Assembly: GCA_964236955.1 (NCBI GenBank)
Contig: CAXSGP010000005.1
Span: 32,044 to 96,043 of the forward strand
Direction: 5' to 3'
Source of the DNA: an uncultured Oligoflexus sp.
GTDB taxonomy: Bacteria > Bdellovibrionota_B > Oligoflexia > Oligoflexales > Oligoflexaceae
DNA length: 64,000 nt
Shown: positions 21,441-31,224 of the stretch, piece after piece
Layout of the letters: each line of letters opens with the position of its first letter
Numbering within the stretch: position 1 is the stretch's first letter
Translations under genes and position numbers: made by a program
The notes under the pieces: generated by a model
The model's database searches: none
Told to the model about the DNA's origin: nothing
What the model saw: the letters and a program-made list of their open reading frames with translations, nothing else

Positions 21441-22709
21441 ATGTCCGTTGCATTTCATTCAGCTTTTGAAACCCTCGTTCAGGACGCGCAGTGGACGCCT
21501 CTATGGCTAAGGGCGCTTCGGCAAAATTCCTACGATAGCTTTCTGGCCGAAGGTATGCCCTCACGGCAAAATGAAGCCTGGAAATATACGAGCACCAGAA
21601 ATCTGAGCGAATCGACCTTTGGGCTGATTCAAAGCCAAAGCGTCGGCAAGGAATCCGTCGATGCCTTTCGTGTCGCTGATGCCGATCATCTGGTTTTTAT
21701 CAATGGCATTTTTCAAAGTGAGTTGTCTCAGGTGCCGGCCGCCGTATCGGTGGTGCCACTCCGCGATGCGCTCCTGACTGAGCAAGACCTTATTCAGCCT
21801 TGCCTTATGGAGGAGGGGGGCGATAGCCTGTCGCTGCTGAATCAGGCTTTCTTTTCGAGTGGTGTGGTCTTACGCCTGGGCAAAAATTCGGTTGTAACCC
21901 GTCCCATTCAGCTTCTCTTTCTCCAGGATCCGACGGCTGAGGCGGCGATGATCAGCCCTAGAAATATTCTGTTCATCGAAGCCGGTGCGCGGGTCAACAT
22001 CATTGAAAGTCATTTCGGTGACAGCCAGCACTTCACCAATGCCGTTTCGGATATCTTTGTCAAAGAGCAGGCTCATTGCCAATACGTGCTTGAAAGAAGT
22101 TTGGGTGCGACGGCACGCTATGTGAGCAAGCACAGCTTTCATATTGGCCGGGACGCTCGCGTTGAATCCTTCAACCTGGCCCTTGGCGGCAGGCTCAATC
22201 GCAGTCACCTGCTGTTTCGCCTGACGGCTCCTGGCAGCTCGGCAAAGCTCGATGGTCTTTACCTGGGCAAGGACGATAATCATATTGATAACGTCACCGA
22301 GGTCCTGCATCTCGCCCCTCACACTTCGAGTTCACAGCTCTATAAGGGTGTTTTGGAGGACAAAAGCCGTGCCGTCTTTAATGGCAAGATCACCATCGTA
22401 AAAGATGCCCAGCAGGTCGATGCGCAGCAGCTCAATAAGAATCTTTTGATGAGCCCCTTTGCTGAAGTCGACAGCCGCCCGCAGCTTGCTATCGACGCCA
22501 ACGATGTCAAATGCTCACACGGCGCCACGATTGGCCAAATCGATTCCCAGGAATTGTTCTATCTGCAAAGCCGTGCGATACCGCGCGATGAGGCAAAGCG
22601 CATGTTGGCCAGCGCCTTTATTGGAGACGTGATAAGCCGTATCAGCGGCACTCATTTTACGAAACACGTGCAGGATGTGCTGCAAAGTTTTGGAGGCCCG
22701 AAATCGTGA
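21441..22709 (+). CDS. sufD: Fe-S cluster assembly protein SufD
   Basis: EAWKYT, RAVFNGKI, PQL.I..NDVKCSHGATIG, LFYLQSR. Confidence 0.95.
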   Translation: MSVAFHSAFETLVQDAQWTPLWLRALRQNSYDSFLAEGMPSRQNEAWKYTSTRNLSESTFGLIQSQSVGKESVDAFRVADADHLVFINGIFQSELSQVPAAVSVVPLRDALLTEQDLIQPCLMEEGGDSLSLLNQAFFSSGVVLRLGKNSVVTRPIQLLFLQDPTAEAAMISPRNILFIEAGARVNIIESHFGDSQHFTNAVSDIFVKEQAHCQYVLERSLGATARYVSKHSFHIGRDARVESFNLALGGRLNRSHLLFRLTAPGSSAKLDGLYLGKDDNHIDNVTEVLHLAPHTSSSQLYKGVLEDKSRAVFNGKITIVKDAQQVDAQQLNKNLLMSPFAEVDSRPQLAIDANDVKCSHGATIGQIDSQELFYLQSRAIPRDEAKRMLASAFIGDVISRISGTHFTKHVQDVLQSFGGPKS

Positions 22710-23305
22710 GCAATCTAAACGCAGAAAAGGAGTCCCCCATGGACGTTAAAATGATGGTGCAACCGACACCCAATCCTTATGCGAAGAAAATCATCGTTAA
22801 TTATGACGTCAAAGCTATCGGCAAAATCACCTTTTCCAATGCGGCCGACTGCTTGCACATTCCCCTGGCAAAAGCCTTATTCGAATTGAAAAGTGTGACC
22901 CAGGTTCATTTTTTTGAGAATGCGATTACGCTGACAGTTGATGGATCCATCTCCTGGGATGACGTTTTGGGAGAAGCCCGCCGCTTGATCAAGGCTCTAC
23001 TGCCTACTCACGAAGCTGACTTCCTTTCTCCAGATGAAAAGCGCCGCACGGAGTTGAGTCCGGATCTCCAGCAGATCGAAGCGATCCTGGACCGAACGAT
23101 TCGTCCTGCGCTGCAAGGTGATGGCGGCGACCTGCAAATCCTTGGGCTTGAAGGCAATTTTTTAACAATCCGTTACGAAGGCGCCTGCGGTACCTGCCCA
23201 AGTAGTGTAACGGGGACTCTTTCTGCGATGCAGAATATTCTACGGGCAGAATTTAATCCCGATATAGAAATCATCCCTCTTCAAGACGATGAGGTTGCGC
23301 ATTGA
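22706..23305 (+). CDS. Nfu/NifU-family Fe-S carrier (Nfu_N + NifU C-terminal)
   Basis: QPTPNP; IRPALQGDGGD, GACGTCPSS. Confidence 0.92.
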   Translation: MSNLNAEKESPMDVKMMVQPTPNPYAKKIIVNYDVKAIGKITFSNAADCLHIPLAKALFELKSVTQVHFFENAITLTVDGSISWDDVLGEARRLIKALLPTHEADFLSPDEKRRTELSPDLQQIEAILDRTIRPALQGDGGDLQILGLEGNFLTIRYEGACGTCPSSVTGTLSAMQNILRAEFNPDIEIIPLQDDEVAH

Positions 23306-23402
23306 GGGAGAGATTGCCAATGCATGGGCTCACTTGTAGGCTAGTGCTGATGCGGCTTACAATGGCCCACAAGCGAGCATTACCCAATGATCAGGCACGA
23401 TC

Positions 23403-23768
23403 TCATTCGGCTATACGCCGATAAAAATAATAAACCCCCGCGTGAGTAATCGACAAAACGATAGAGCCGAAGATGGCGGCCAGCCAACCATCCACTTTAA
23501 AGCCGCTGACTATTCTTGCGGTAAGCTTGAGCATGGCACCGTTCAGCAATAATAGGAAGAGGCCCAGAGTGAGGATGGTAAGGGGAAAGGTGAGGACCCA
23601 AAGTATCCTTAGAACTGTCGTGTTAAGCAATCCCAGAACCAACGACGCTAGAAATGCGGAGGCAATTCCGCTCAATCGGATTCTTGGCATAATAGCTGAC
23701 ATCAGGATGAGGGCCAAAGCGCTGAGAGCCCAGGTTACTAGCAGTTGGATGACGTAAAGCTTATACAC
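23403..23768 (-). CDS. YvlD-like 4-TM membrane protein (holin superfamily IV)
   Basis: LTFPLTILTLGLFLLLLNG, GFKVDGW.AA..GS. Confidence 0.85.
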   Translation of the reverse strand: MYKLYVIQLLVTWALSALALILMSAIMPRIRLSGIASAFLASLVLGLLNTTVLRILWVLTFPLTILTLGLFLLLLNGAMLKLTARIVSGFKVDGWLAAIFGSIVLSITHAGVYYFYRRIAE

Positions 23769-24142
23769 TTAAATCTCCTTTTTTGGTCGGCGGCATGGGT
23801 GATAAGATAGGCAATCTGACCTTTGCTCGATTGCAAAAATCGATTTTGCGCATAGGATTTTCTAGCGAGATAGCTACGGGCTGCGCTAAGTTGCGATTCA
23901 ATTGGATCGATAGCGGTGATTTTTATCTGAGGAAATCGGCGGAGTAAAATCTCTGATCGCGCTCCGACGCCGACTCCTACTTCCAGAAGCTCTGTGACCG
24001 AAGAGTGATCGAGATTGCCGTAAATGGATGGCAAGGTGAATTGCGCCTGATATTTCAGACGGTCCTGCTCGATCGATGAATAGCCATGAAGATAAGCCTC
24101 TTTGCTAAGCTTGATCTCGCTGCCGCTCGGTTTCTTTGCCAT
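23738..24142 (-). pseudogene. Truncated class I SAM-dependent methyltransferase
   Basis: YLHGYS..EQ.RL..QA, motif I LLEVGVGVG, ITAID; ends after about 105 homologous residues and overlaps the next gene. Confidence 0.6.
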
Positions 24143-24209
24143 AACTTTCCTCCGTTTGCCATAGCTCCCGCTACTTTACATGAGGGGCCAAGGCGAAGGA
24201 AAGACTGAC

Positions 24210-24422
24210 TTAGTTCTCCAGGAGAAATTTTAGAAAGCCTTGAGTGCCAACGGGTAGCAACACGGCCATTCCTGCAAGGAAGACGAAAACCAGGGTCCAG
24301 ACCAGGAATTTTGCAGCTTGAATCCGAACATTGCGTCTATGCATGTCTGAAAAACGGCTTATGACCGTAGCTTCATAGACGGCCAGACTTCTTTGCGAAA
24401 GATAACGAATATCGGCTGACAT
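24210..24422 (-). CDS. Small hypothetical membrane protein
   Basis: 70 aa with one hydrophobic segment. Confidence 0.4.
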   Translation of the reverse strand: MSADIRYLSQRSLAVYEATVISRFSDMHRRNVRIQAAKFLVWTLVFVFLAGMAVLLPVGTQGFLKFLLEN

Positions 24423-24573
24423 GGAATAGCGCCCCGCTCTGGTTTTTAAGCCTCATGAAGGGAGCAGTAGCAATCCCTTTAATTTTTGTCAATTATGCTT
24501 TGGTTATCTCAACAAATATCCGAAAACTACCCAATCGTTTGGCAACCGTGAGCAAAACGAAAGATTGATTTTG

Positions 24574-24600
24574 TTAAGCTTTCTCTAAATTTGCCGAGAA
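24574..24600 (+). promoter_or_regulatory. Putative sigma28 (FliA)-type promoter
   Basis: TTAAGCTT-N11-GCCGAGAA, 25 bp upstream of ATG 24626. Confidence 0.6.
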
Positions 24601-24625
24601 GCTAGAGAGCCAAGAGGATTTTTTA

Positions 24626-25672
24626 ATGACATCAGAAAAGTCGGTACCCCGCGCAAAGGTGCGCAAGATCTTTAAAAAAGGCGACACTTATATCTGTGGG
24701 CTTTGTGGATCGACATTTGCCGATCTCCTCGATGTCCAGGCCAACCTCAGAGAATGCACCAAAAATTTTTTAGCGGATGGAGGGACGATAGAAACGGCTC
24801 CCAAACGCTACCGCTGCAGCTTTTGTAAACGCGTCTACAATTCGGTTGAGGAAGCCAAAGTCTGTTCCGCCAACTGCCGGACAGGCATCGATGCCCGCAT
24901 CGCCAGCGAGGCTAAAGCAGGCCAGGCGGTGAGCGCGGAGAACAAACTGGAAGTGCTCGCCCAATATATCAAAGACCCCCTGGCACTCACGGCGCTCCAA
25001 GCCGCCAAGAGCCCCAGGCCGGCCCAGCCGATAGCCGACCTTCCCAAATTGAGTGTCTACGTTCCTAAGAAAACGGAGATCATGGAAGGTGAAAACATTA
25101 AATTCACGAGAGACAAAGACCAGTTTCGCTGTATGAGATGCAAACAGCGTTATGGCAGCGTGGAAGACGTCAAACGCTGTTTCGATAGTCATGGCGAAAC
25201 GCTGGTGTCTCATGCCAAACCAAAATCGACAGACGCCCGCTATAGCCTTGACGGCAAAAAATTCCGTTGCAATACCTGCGAAAGACTCTATCTGTCGATT
25301 GAAGACGTCGTCAAATGCTCACAGACCCATGACGTCGCAGTTGTTGGCAAGACGAAAAAGGAAGGTGATCAGCTGGCCTTCTTTCGTGACGGAGCAAAAT
25401 ATGTTTGCCGCACCTGCTCAAAGAAATATTTTAGCAAGGATGACGTGATTGCCTGTTTTGAGGCGGATAAGACCAGACCCGCCGCTCCCGTCACGGCTGC
25501 GGCGGCAGCTGCAAAGGCGATGAACCACGTTCCGAAAACCCTGGCCTCCAAAAAAGACGACGCCGAGAAGTTCTTCAGAGATGGCGCTAAGTATGTCTGC
25601 CGGGGTTGCAACAAGAAACACTTCAGCCGCGACGAGACTCTGGCCTGTTTTGATGGCCATGGGATTGCTTAG
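24626..25672 (+). CDS. Multi-zinc-finger protein (six C2H2-spacing fingers)
   Basis: Six repeats of Y/F-x-C-x2-C-x3-aromatic-x8-C-x3-H/C/D (finger 1 has N at ligand 3); GAGG RBS. Confidence 0.8.
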   Translation: MTSEKSVPRAKVRKIFKKGDTYICGLCGSTFADLLDVQANLRECTKNFLADGGTIETAPKRYRCSFCKRVYNSVEEAKVCSANCRTGIDARIASEAKAGQAVSAENKLEVLAQYIKDPLALTALQAAKSPRPAQPIADLPKLSVYVPKKTEIMEGENIKFTRDKDQFRCMRCKQRYGSVEDVKRCFDSHGETLVSHAKPKSTDARYSLDGKKFRCNTCERLYLSIEDVVKCSQTHDVAVVGKTKKEGDQLAFFRDGAKYVCRTCSKKYFSKDDVIACFEADKTRPAAPVTAAAAAAKAMNHVPKTLASKKDDAEKFFRDGAKYVCRGCNKKHFSRDETLACFDGHGIA

Positions 25673-25773
25673 GGGCAGAGGTCTGCGAAAGGCCTTTGCA
25701 AAATACCCACAGGCAAGTAATTTACTAGCCTGTTCAAAGGTAATCCCACGCTTTGACTGTCGCGAGTACGCCG

Positions 25774-27813
25774 ATGAAAGCTCCCCTTGCGCAAAAGCGC
25801 CCCGTGCCCCTCAAGACTCATCTCCATATTGAAGATGAATGGAAGTGGCTTGAAAATATTGAAGATCCCGAAACATCAGCCTACCTCAAGGCCGAAAACG
25901 CTTTTTATAAAAAATCGATGAAACCGCACCTGGCCTTGCAGAAGCTTATCTTTGCCGAGTTGAAAGAGCGACTCGCGGAAAATGACAGCAGTATTCCGGA
26001 ACGCGATGGGGACTACTGGTATTACCTTCGTTTTAAGGAGGGGCAACAGTATCCGCTCTACTGCCGAAAAAAAGGCAGCCTGGAAGCCAAAGAGGACATC
26101 TATTTTGATCATAATGCCATAGCAAGAAAGCACAGGTACTGTGACATTGGATTTCTCGATGTCAGCCCCGATCATAAGACCCTGGCCTACTCAGTCGATC
26201 TCGAGGGCAGCGAACGCTACGCAATACTCATTCGGGACCTGGAGACCGGCAAAGAAACCGATCTGAGCATAGACGGCATCTCAACATGTTTTGAATGGAA
26301 AACGAATCATAGCTTCTTCTACATCAAGCTTGACGACCGCGACCGGCCTCTCGAACTCTATTTTCGGGACCTCAATAAAAGCCAAAGTCATCTCATCTAC
26401 ACTGAAGTGGATACCAGTTACTTTCTGGCTCTCGATTCATCGGAAAGCGAAGAGTATATCTTCCTCGGTTGCAATGGCTACGATGCCAACGAGATTTGGT
26501 ACCATCGCATAGGCGATCCCAAGCCTGAGTTTCATTGTTTCCTGTCACGGGCCTCTGAACATGAGTATGAGCTGTCTCATCACGGTCAGGACTTTCTCAT
26601 CATCAGCAATTACGAAGCCACAAATTATCAGATTTTTAAGACCCCGGTGGACAGGATCGATATCAAACACTGGCGGCCCATACAGATTTATGATCCAGAC
26701 GTGCTGGTTGAAAGCCTCAACGTTTTTCAGGATTATTGGATCATAAGCGAACGCTACAAAGCCTTGCCGAGACTCAAAGTCATCCCCCTGACCGGCGATA
26801 GGGAGCCCTATTGGATCGATATACCGGAGGAGGCCTACGAGCTCAACGTCTCCGAAGGCCGTGAGTATAAATCGCCGAGCTTTCGCTTTTGGTATTCATC
26901 GCCCCGCGTCCCCCAGTCGCTCTATGAGTTTGACGTCGCCACGCAGCAAAAGACCTTTCTTAAAAAGCGTTCGGTCGGCAGCAGGCCCTTCCAGGAGGAC
27001 GATTACATTGTCAAACGCGTATGGGCACCAGCTCGTGATGGGCAGAAGATTCCGATCACGCTTTTGTATCATAAAAACACCAAACCAAGCGCCGCACTCA
27101 TCCTCCATTCCTACGGTTCCTACGGGGAAATGCTGGACTGCGAGTACAGCAACTATCGTTTGGCCCTGGTGGATCGTGGCTTTATCTATGCCATGGGCCA
27201 TGTCCGCGGGGGCATGGAGATGGGCCGATCCTGGTACCTCGACGGCAAACTCGATAGGAAGTGGAACACATTTCACGACTATATCGATGCCGCCGAGTAT
27301 CTGATTAAGGAGGGTTGGACAAAAGCCGGACAGATCATCGGCGAAGGCTCCAGCGCCGGCGGTATGCTGATGGGAGTGGTCGCCAACGTTCGCCCCGACC
27401 TCTTTCTTGGAATCGTCGCCTCGGTGCCTTTCGTCGACGTGCTCAACACGATGCTTGATCCTGATCTGCCGTTGACCACGCTTGAATATAAGGAATGGGG
27501 CAACCCCAATATCGAAGAGGACTATGAGCGTATCCGGAGCTATTCCCCTTATGATAATGTCAAAGCTCAGGGCTACCCGCATATGCTGGTCGTGGCCGGC
27601 CTTCACGATCAAAGGGTGCTTTACTGGGAAGCCGCGAAATGGGTGGCCAGGCTTCGTCACCTCAAAACGAATGACAACATGCTCCTCTTAAAGATAGAGG
27701 ATGAGTCAGGACATAGTGGCGCTTCGGGTCGCTATGATTCGCTCAAGGAAACGGCCGAAGAGCTTACCTTTATGATTATGCTCAAAGAAACCTATATCGA
27801 CAAGAAGTCCTGA
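25774..27813 (+). CDS. ptrB: Oligopeptidase B (S9A)
   Basis: YLKAENAF, YGSYG, HVRGG, GSSAGG nucleophile, VPFVD, D.RV.YWE, GHSGASGR. Confidence 0.93.
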   Translation: MKAPLAQKRPVPLKTHLHIEDEWKWLENIEDPETSAYLKAENAFYKKSMKPHLALQKLIFAELKERLAENDSSIPERDGDYWYYLRFKEGQQYPLYCRKKGSLEAKEDIYFDHNAIARKHRYCDIGFLDVSPDHKTLAYSVDLEGSERYAILIRDLETGKETDLSIDGISTCFEWKTNHSFFYIKLDDRDRPLELYFRDLNKSQSHLIYTEVDTSYFLALDSSESEEYIFLGCNGYDANEIWYHRIGDPKPEFHCFLSRASEHEYELSHHGQDFLIISNYEATNYQIFKTPVDRIDIKHWRPIQIYDPDVLVESLNVFQDYWIISERYKALPRLKVIPLTGDREPYWIDIPEEAYELNVSEGREYKSPSFRFWYSSPRVPQSLYEFDVATQQKTFLKKRSVGSRPFQEDDYIVKRVWAPARDGQKIPITLLYHKNTKPSAALILHSYGSYGEMLDCEYSNYRLALVDRGFIYAMGHVRGGMEMGRSWYLDGKLDRKWNTFHDYIDAAEYLIKEGWTKAGQIIGEGSSAGGMLMGVVANVRPDLFLGIVASVPFVDVLNTMLDPDLPLTTLEYKEWGNPNIEEDYERIRSYSPYDNVKAQGYPHMLVVAGLHDQRVLYWEAAKWVARLRHLKTNDNMLLLKIEDESGHSGASGRYDSLKETAEELTFMIMLKETYIDKKS

Positions 27814-27870
27814 CTGGATCAGGACACGAACGGGCTTAAGGTCCGAGGCAAAATCTGGCTCCGGATTTTT

Positions 27871-28785
27871 TTATTCGGGAATACAGACGGCGCGCATTAT
27901 TCCCCATTCCTGATTTGAAAATAATTTTTTTTCTGAACTGTAGAGGAAAGACCGCTGATCCCCATCGAAAGTGATTGCCTCCTGCTGGGCAAGACTTTTG
28001 ATTTTGATGCGCCTTCGATCGGGATACCAACCAGTCGAAGCTTTGACTGACGGACTTGCCGCTGACATTTCCACCACGCCCTCCCAGCTTAAAAGGAGGA
28101 TGCGTTTGCCGTCGGTGCTTGAACTTGCACCGGTGACCATGGTGTAAGGCAGATCAGTTACAAAACCGGCTTCACCCCCGCCCTGCTTCCAAGCCGAGGT
28201 ATCAAGCTTGAAAACACGGCTGTGCTTCGGCTCCTTGACAAAGAGATAGATCGTTTTACCGATGAGCGTCGCGGCTTCGACGTCGACATGCTCGTCATTG
28301 GGAAACTTGAAATCGATCTTTTCGCTGTGAACCCTATCGCTGCGGAGGGTCGCTTCCTCGATGGCCCAGATACTGCGATGGGAACGCCAGTGAAAATTAT
28401 CACCGGTATCAAAAACGTAAATGCAAGAGCCTCCCCATGGACAGTCTCCTCGCGCGAGTTCTTCGGAATCCGTATTTTTATCAGCATAGGTGTAGCTTGC
28501 GAGGATCGACCCATCGCGCCTGGTATAGATCAGAAGGGGATCATTGCCAGAATCCTGCACATGAACCAGGGTATTGGCATCGAGCCCGCCCAGGGCCAAA
28601 CCGCTCATCTCTTCCAATTGGGAACTCAGCACGGGCAGGCTTAGTTTCTCGAAGCGATAGCTCTTGCAGGGACTGACTGTCGGCTGAGGAACCGTCAGCT
28701 CGGAGCTGACAAGGAGAGGGACTGGGAACAGGCCAACAAAAGTAAGAAAAAACAGGCGAGCATACGACCTTGGTTTAAAGTTCAT
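27871..28785 (-). CDS. Secreted hypothetical protein, probable beta-propeller
   Basis: Signal peptide; EMSGLA..DSGN, D.EE, DTGDN, DVEA, QQEAITF motifs. Confidence 0.7.
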   Translation of the reverse strand: MNFKPRSYARLFFLTFVGLFPVPLLVSSELTVPQPTVSPCKSYRFEKLSLPVLSSQLEEMSGLALGGLDANTLVHVQDSGNDPLLIYTRRDGSILASYTYADKNTDSEELARGDCPWGGSCIYVFDTGDNFHWRSHRSIWAIEEATLRSDRVHSEKIDFKFPNDEHVDVEAATLIGKTIYLFVKEPKHSRVFKLDTSAWKQGGGEAGFVTDLPYTMVTGASSSTDGKRILLLSWEGVVEMSAASPSVKASTGWYPDRRRIKIKSLAQQEAITFDGDQRSFLYSSEKKLFSNQEWGIMRAVCIPE

Positions 28786-28799
28786 TCAGGGTCCCAAAT

Positions 28800-28824
28800 A
28801 AAAAACCGCTTCGAAGGGAAGCGG
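28800..28824 (-). terminator. Intrinsic terminator
   Basis: CCGCTTC/GAAGCGG stem with A-run (U-tail on minus strand). Confidence 0.65.
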
Positions 28825-28848
28825 CTAAGATTGCGATGGCCCTGCCGA

Positions 28849-29217
28849 TCAACGCTTAACTTCAATCTCATTCACGAAGAAGATTTCGTCAAAGGTCCGG
28901 TTCAGCGTCTTACTATGAAACTGGTGCATGCTCTGGCCATCAGCGAAGGAGACCATGTCACCCTTCTTAACAGACGTTTTTGCGGTCGCCAGCCAGAGTT
29001 TGTCCTGACCCTGAGCAAACTGCACATAGGTATAATTTGCAACGTTGATGACATCGACAACTTTGCCACTGTAACCTTCGCTCTTTTCGCCCATCGCTTC
29101 GCCAGTGAGTTGGCGGGCCGCTTGAAAGCCTTGACTATTATCACCTGTCGCTGCCAGCGCGGGGCCAGTCGCGGCCAGGACCATGCCGATTGATGCTAGG
29201 ATTGATTTCAATTGCAT
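28849..29217 (-). CDS. Periplasmic NrfJ-like OB-fold protein
   Basis: Signal peptide; GKVVDV...YTYV...LWLA...M..FHSKTLNRTFDEIFFV. Confidence 0.7.
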   Translation of the reverse strand: MQLKSILASIGMVLAATGPALAATGDNSQGFQAARQLTGEAMGEKSEGYSGKVVDVINVANYTYVQFAQGQDKLWLATAKTSVKKGDMVSFADGQSMHQFHSKTLNRTFDEIFFVNEIEVKR

Positions 29218-29525
29218 AACTCTTCCTTTATGAAAAGTACTTAGGAATTATAGCCTATATCCTGCGGCGAGCCTAGCTTTGCCTTATTTATTCAAGCCTT
29301 TTACCATATTAGCAAAGATCTTAGAGCCGCTTTTAACAGCTCAGGCTCCTCGATCCTAGGTTTTAGTTTTTCAGCTGAGTACAACTGTTAATTTTTCCGA
29401 ATTTGCAAAACTCTTTGAGCTAAGTCAAAATAGAAATAATCAATCGTGTCCGGACCAACAGCAGCTATTTGGTACTCGCCCAAATTTACTGAAGAGCTGT
29501 GTCTCCTTAACGATTTACAATAGCT

Positions 29526-31166
29526 ATGTCATTGAAGGGGATCGATGTGACAAGGCCTGGAATCCGTGTGCTTTTTTTTGGACTCGTCTTAAGTTTCTTC
29601 ACCTCCATTTACTCCGTCTCAAGCCTTGCATTTGCCAACACCCATGAAATTCCGCCCCAAGATTTTGAATCGAGTCCAGACCAAAGGGGCCTCTTCACGA
29701 ATTTCGACACGAGCAATATCAAAATTTTAACTCATGACGGGCTGCGGCTGGACGCTCGCCTCTATGAACCCAAACTCAACGCCTTTACGGGTAAGCGGCC
29801 GGCCATCGTCTTCACGAATTCGTGGACCCTCGGCGAACATGAGTACGAGTTTCAGGCAAGGCGGTTTGCATCCCGAGGTTATATCGTGCTGTCCTACTCC
29901 TCGCGCGGCTTTGGGGGTTCCGATGGCTGGGTGACTGTCGGTGGACCCAATGATATGCATGATTTCTCGACTGTATTAGACTGGCTAGAGGACAATACAC
30001 GAGTGGATGTAGCCAACATTGGAATGGCGGGTGTTTCGCTTGGGGGCGGGATGTCACTTCTGGCTCTGGCAACGGATTCGCGGATAAAGACCGCTGCAGC
30101 CATGAGCGGTTGGGGAAATTTGGAACAGGCCCTTTATCGCAACGAAACAATCCAAAAAGCCTGGATGAATATTCTTGTGGCCAGTGGTCGGATTGCCGGG
30201 CACCTCGATCCTGATATTGATGATCAGATCGACAACATGAAAAACCGTACGGATATCGCCGCGACCCGCGCCTGGGCGGCAAGGCGCTCCCCTGAGACTT
30301 TGATTCAGGCTATAAATGCCCGGAGAGCTCCTGTATTTTTGGAGAACAGTTACCTCGATGCGCTGTTTCCGCCGCTACAGATTCGGCCATTTTACGAAAA
30401 GCTTTTAGGCGAAAAACGTATGATCGTGGACGAAGGCATCCACGCAAGTGCTGCCATTCCCGGCCTCATCGGCCTCCCCTCAGACCTATGGGATGAGGTG
30501 CATGATTGGATGGATCATTGGTTGATCGATAGAACCCACCCGATCAAGACGGGTCTTACCTTTCGCACCAGAACCGACTCAACCGACTTTGAAAATTATC
30601 CGCCGCTCAATTTTCGAAGCAAGGACTTCAATGTCCTGAATCTTTCCAGTGTGGATGCCGGCTCGGGCCGTTCCATTATCCGATTTCAAGGCAATCGCGA
30701 TTCGGGAGCGACCACGGGGATACCGGTCATCAGTGACTCGCTGGACACCTACATCAACGTCCCCGTGCGCAAAACTATTGCTGACATCAATAGAAAATAC
30801 GCGGCGGTCATGCAATCTCCTGTTCTGACTAGGAAGCTGAAGGTTCGTGGATCCCCGCGCCTCAGTTTTACCCTTATGCCTCATGACACCCCCGTTACTC
30901 TTGTCGCCTATCTCTATGATGTCGATACTAGCGGAGTGGGAGAGCTTGTAAGCTTCAGTGTGACAAGCTACCAGGATCCAAATTTTGATACGACCCAGGT
31001 ATCGTTTGATCTTAATGTGTCCGCGTTCACTGTTCCGCGTGGCCATCGATTGGCTGTCGCCCTTGATACAGTTGATCCGCTCTATGCTGCTGCTACTGCC
31101 GAAGACTATTTTGTAAGTTTAGCTGCCGATCCTAGCCTGTCAATTGAGCTGCCCATCCTTCCATAA
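29526..31166 (+). CDS. Secreted CocE/NonD (peptidase S15) family hydrolase
   Basis: DGLRLDA, SRGFGGSDG, GVSLGG nucleophile, C-terminal VAYLYDV..GHRLAVALD. Confidence 0.85.
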   Translation: MSLKGIDVTRPGIRVLFFGLVLSFFTSIYSVSSLAFANTHEIPPQDFESSPDQRGLFTNFDTSNIKILTHDGLRLDARLYEPKLNAFTGKRPAIVFTNSWTLGEHEYEFQARRFASRGYIVLSYSSRGFGGSDGWVTVGGPNDMHDFSTVLDWLEDNTRVDVANIGMAGVSLGGGMSLLALATDSRIKTAAAMSGWGNLEQALYRNETIQKAWMNILVASGRIAGHLDPDIDDQIDNMKNRTDIAATRAWAARRSPETLIQAINARRAPVFLENSYLDALFPPLQIRPFYEKLLGEKRMIVDEGIHASAAIPGLIGLPSDLWDEVHDWMDHWLIDRTHPIKTGLTFRTRTDSTDFENYPPLNFRSKDFNVLNLSSVDAGSGRSIIRFQGNRDSGATTGIPVISDSLDTYINVPVRKTIADINRKYAAVMQSPVLTRKLKVRGSPRLSFTLMPHDTPVTLVAYLYDVDTSGVGELVSFSVTSYQDPNFDTTQVSFDLNVSAFTVPRGHRLAVALDTVDPLYAAATAEDYFVSLAADPSLSIELPILP

Positions 31167-31224
31167 TACAAAAAAATTTACCGCTTTCAAAACTTTGGCC
31201 TTCAATTTGCAATAGTATACTCAA

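Noticed and set aside
23403..23768. Holin-family gene as evidence of a prophage
   Set aside because: YvlD-type proteins are common chromosomal genes; no endolysin, integrase or structural genes nearby
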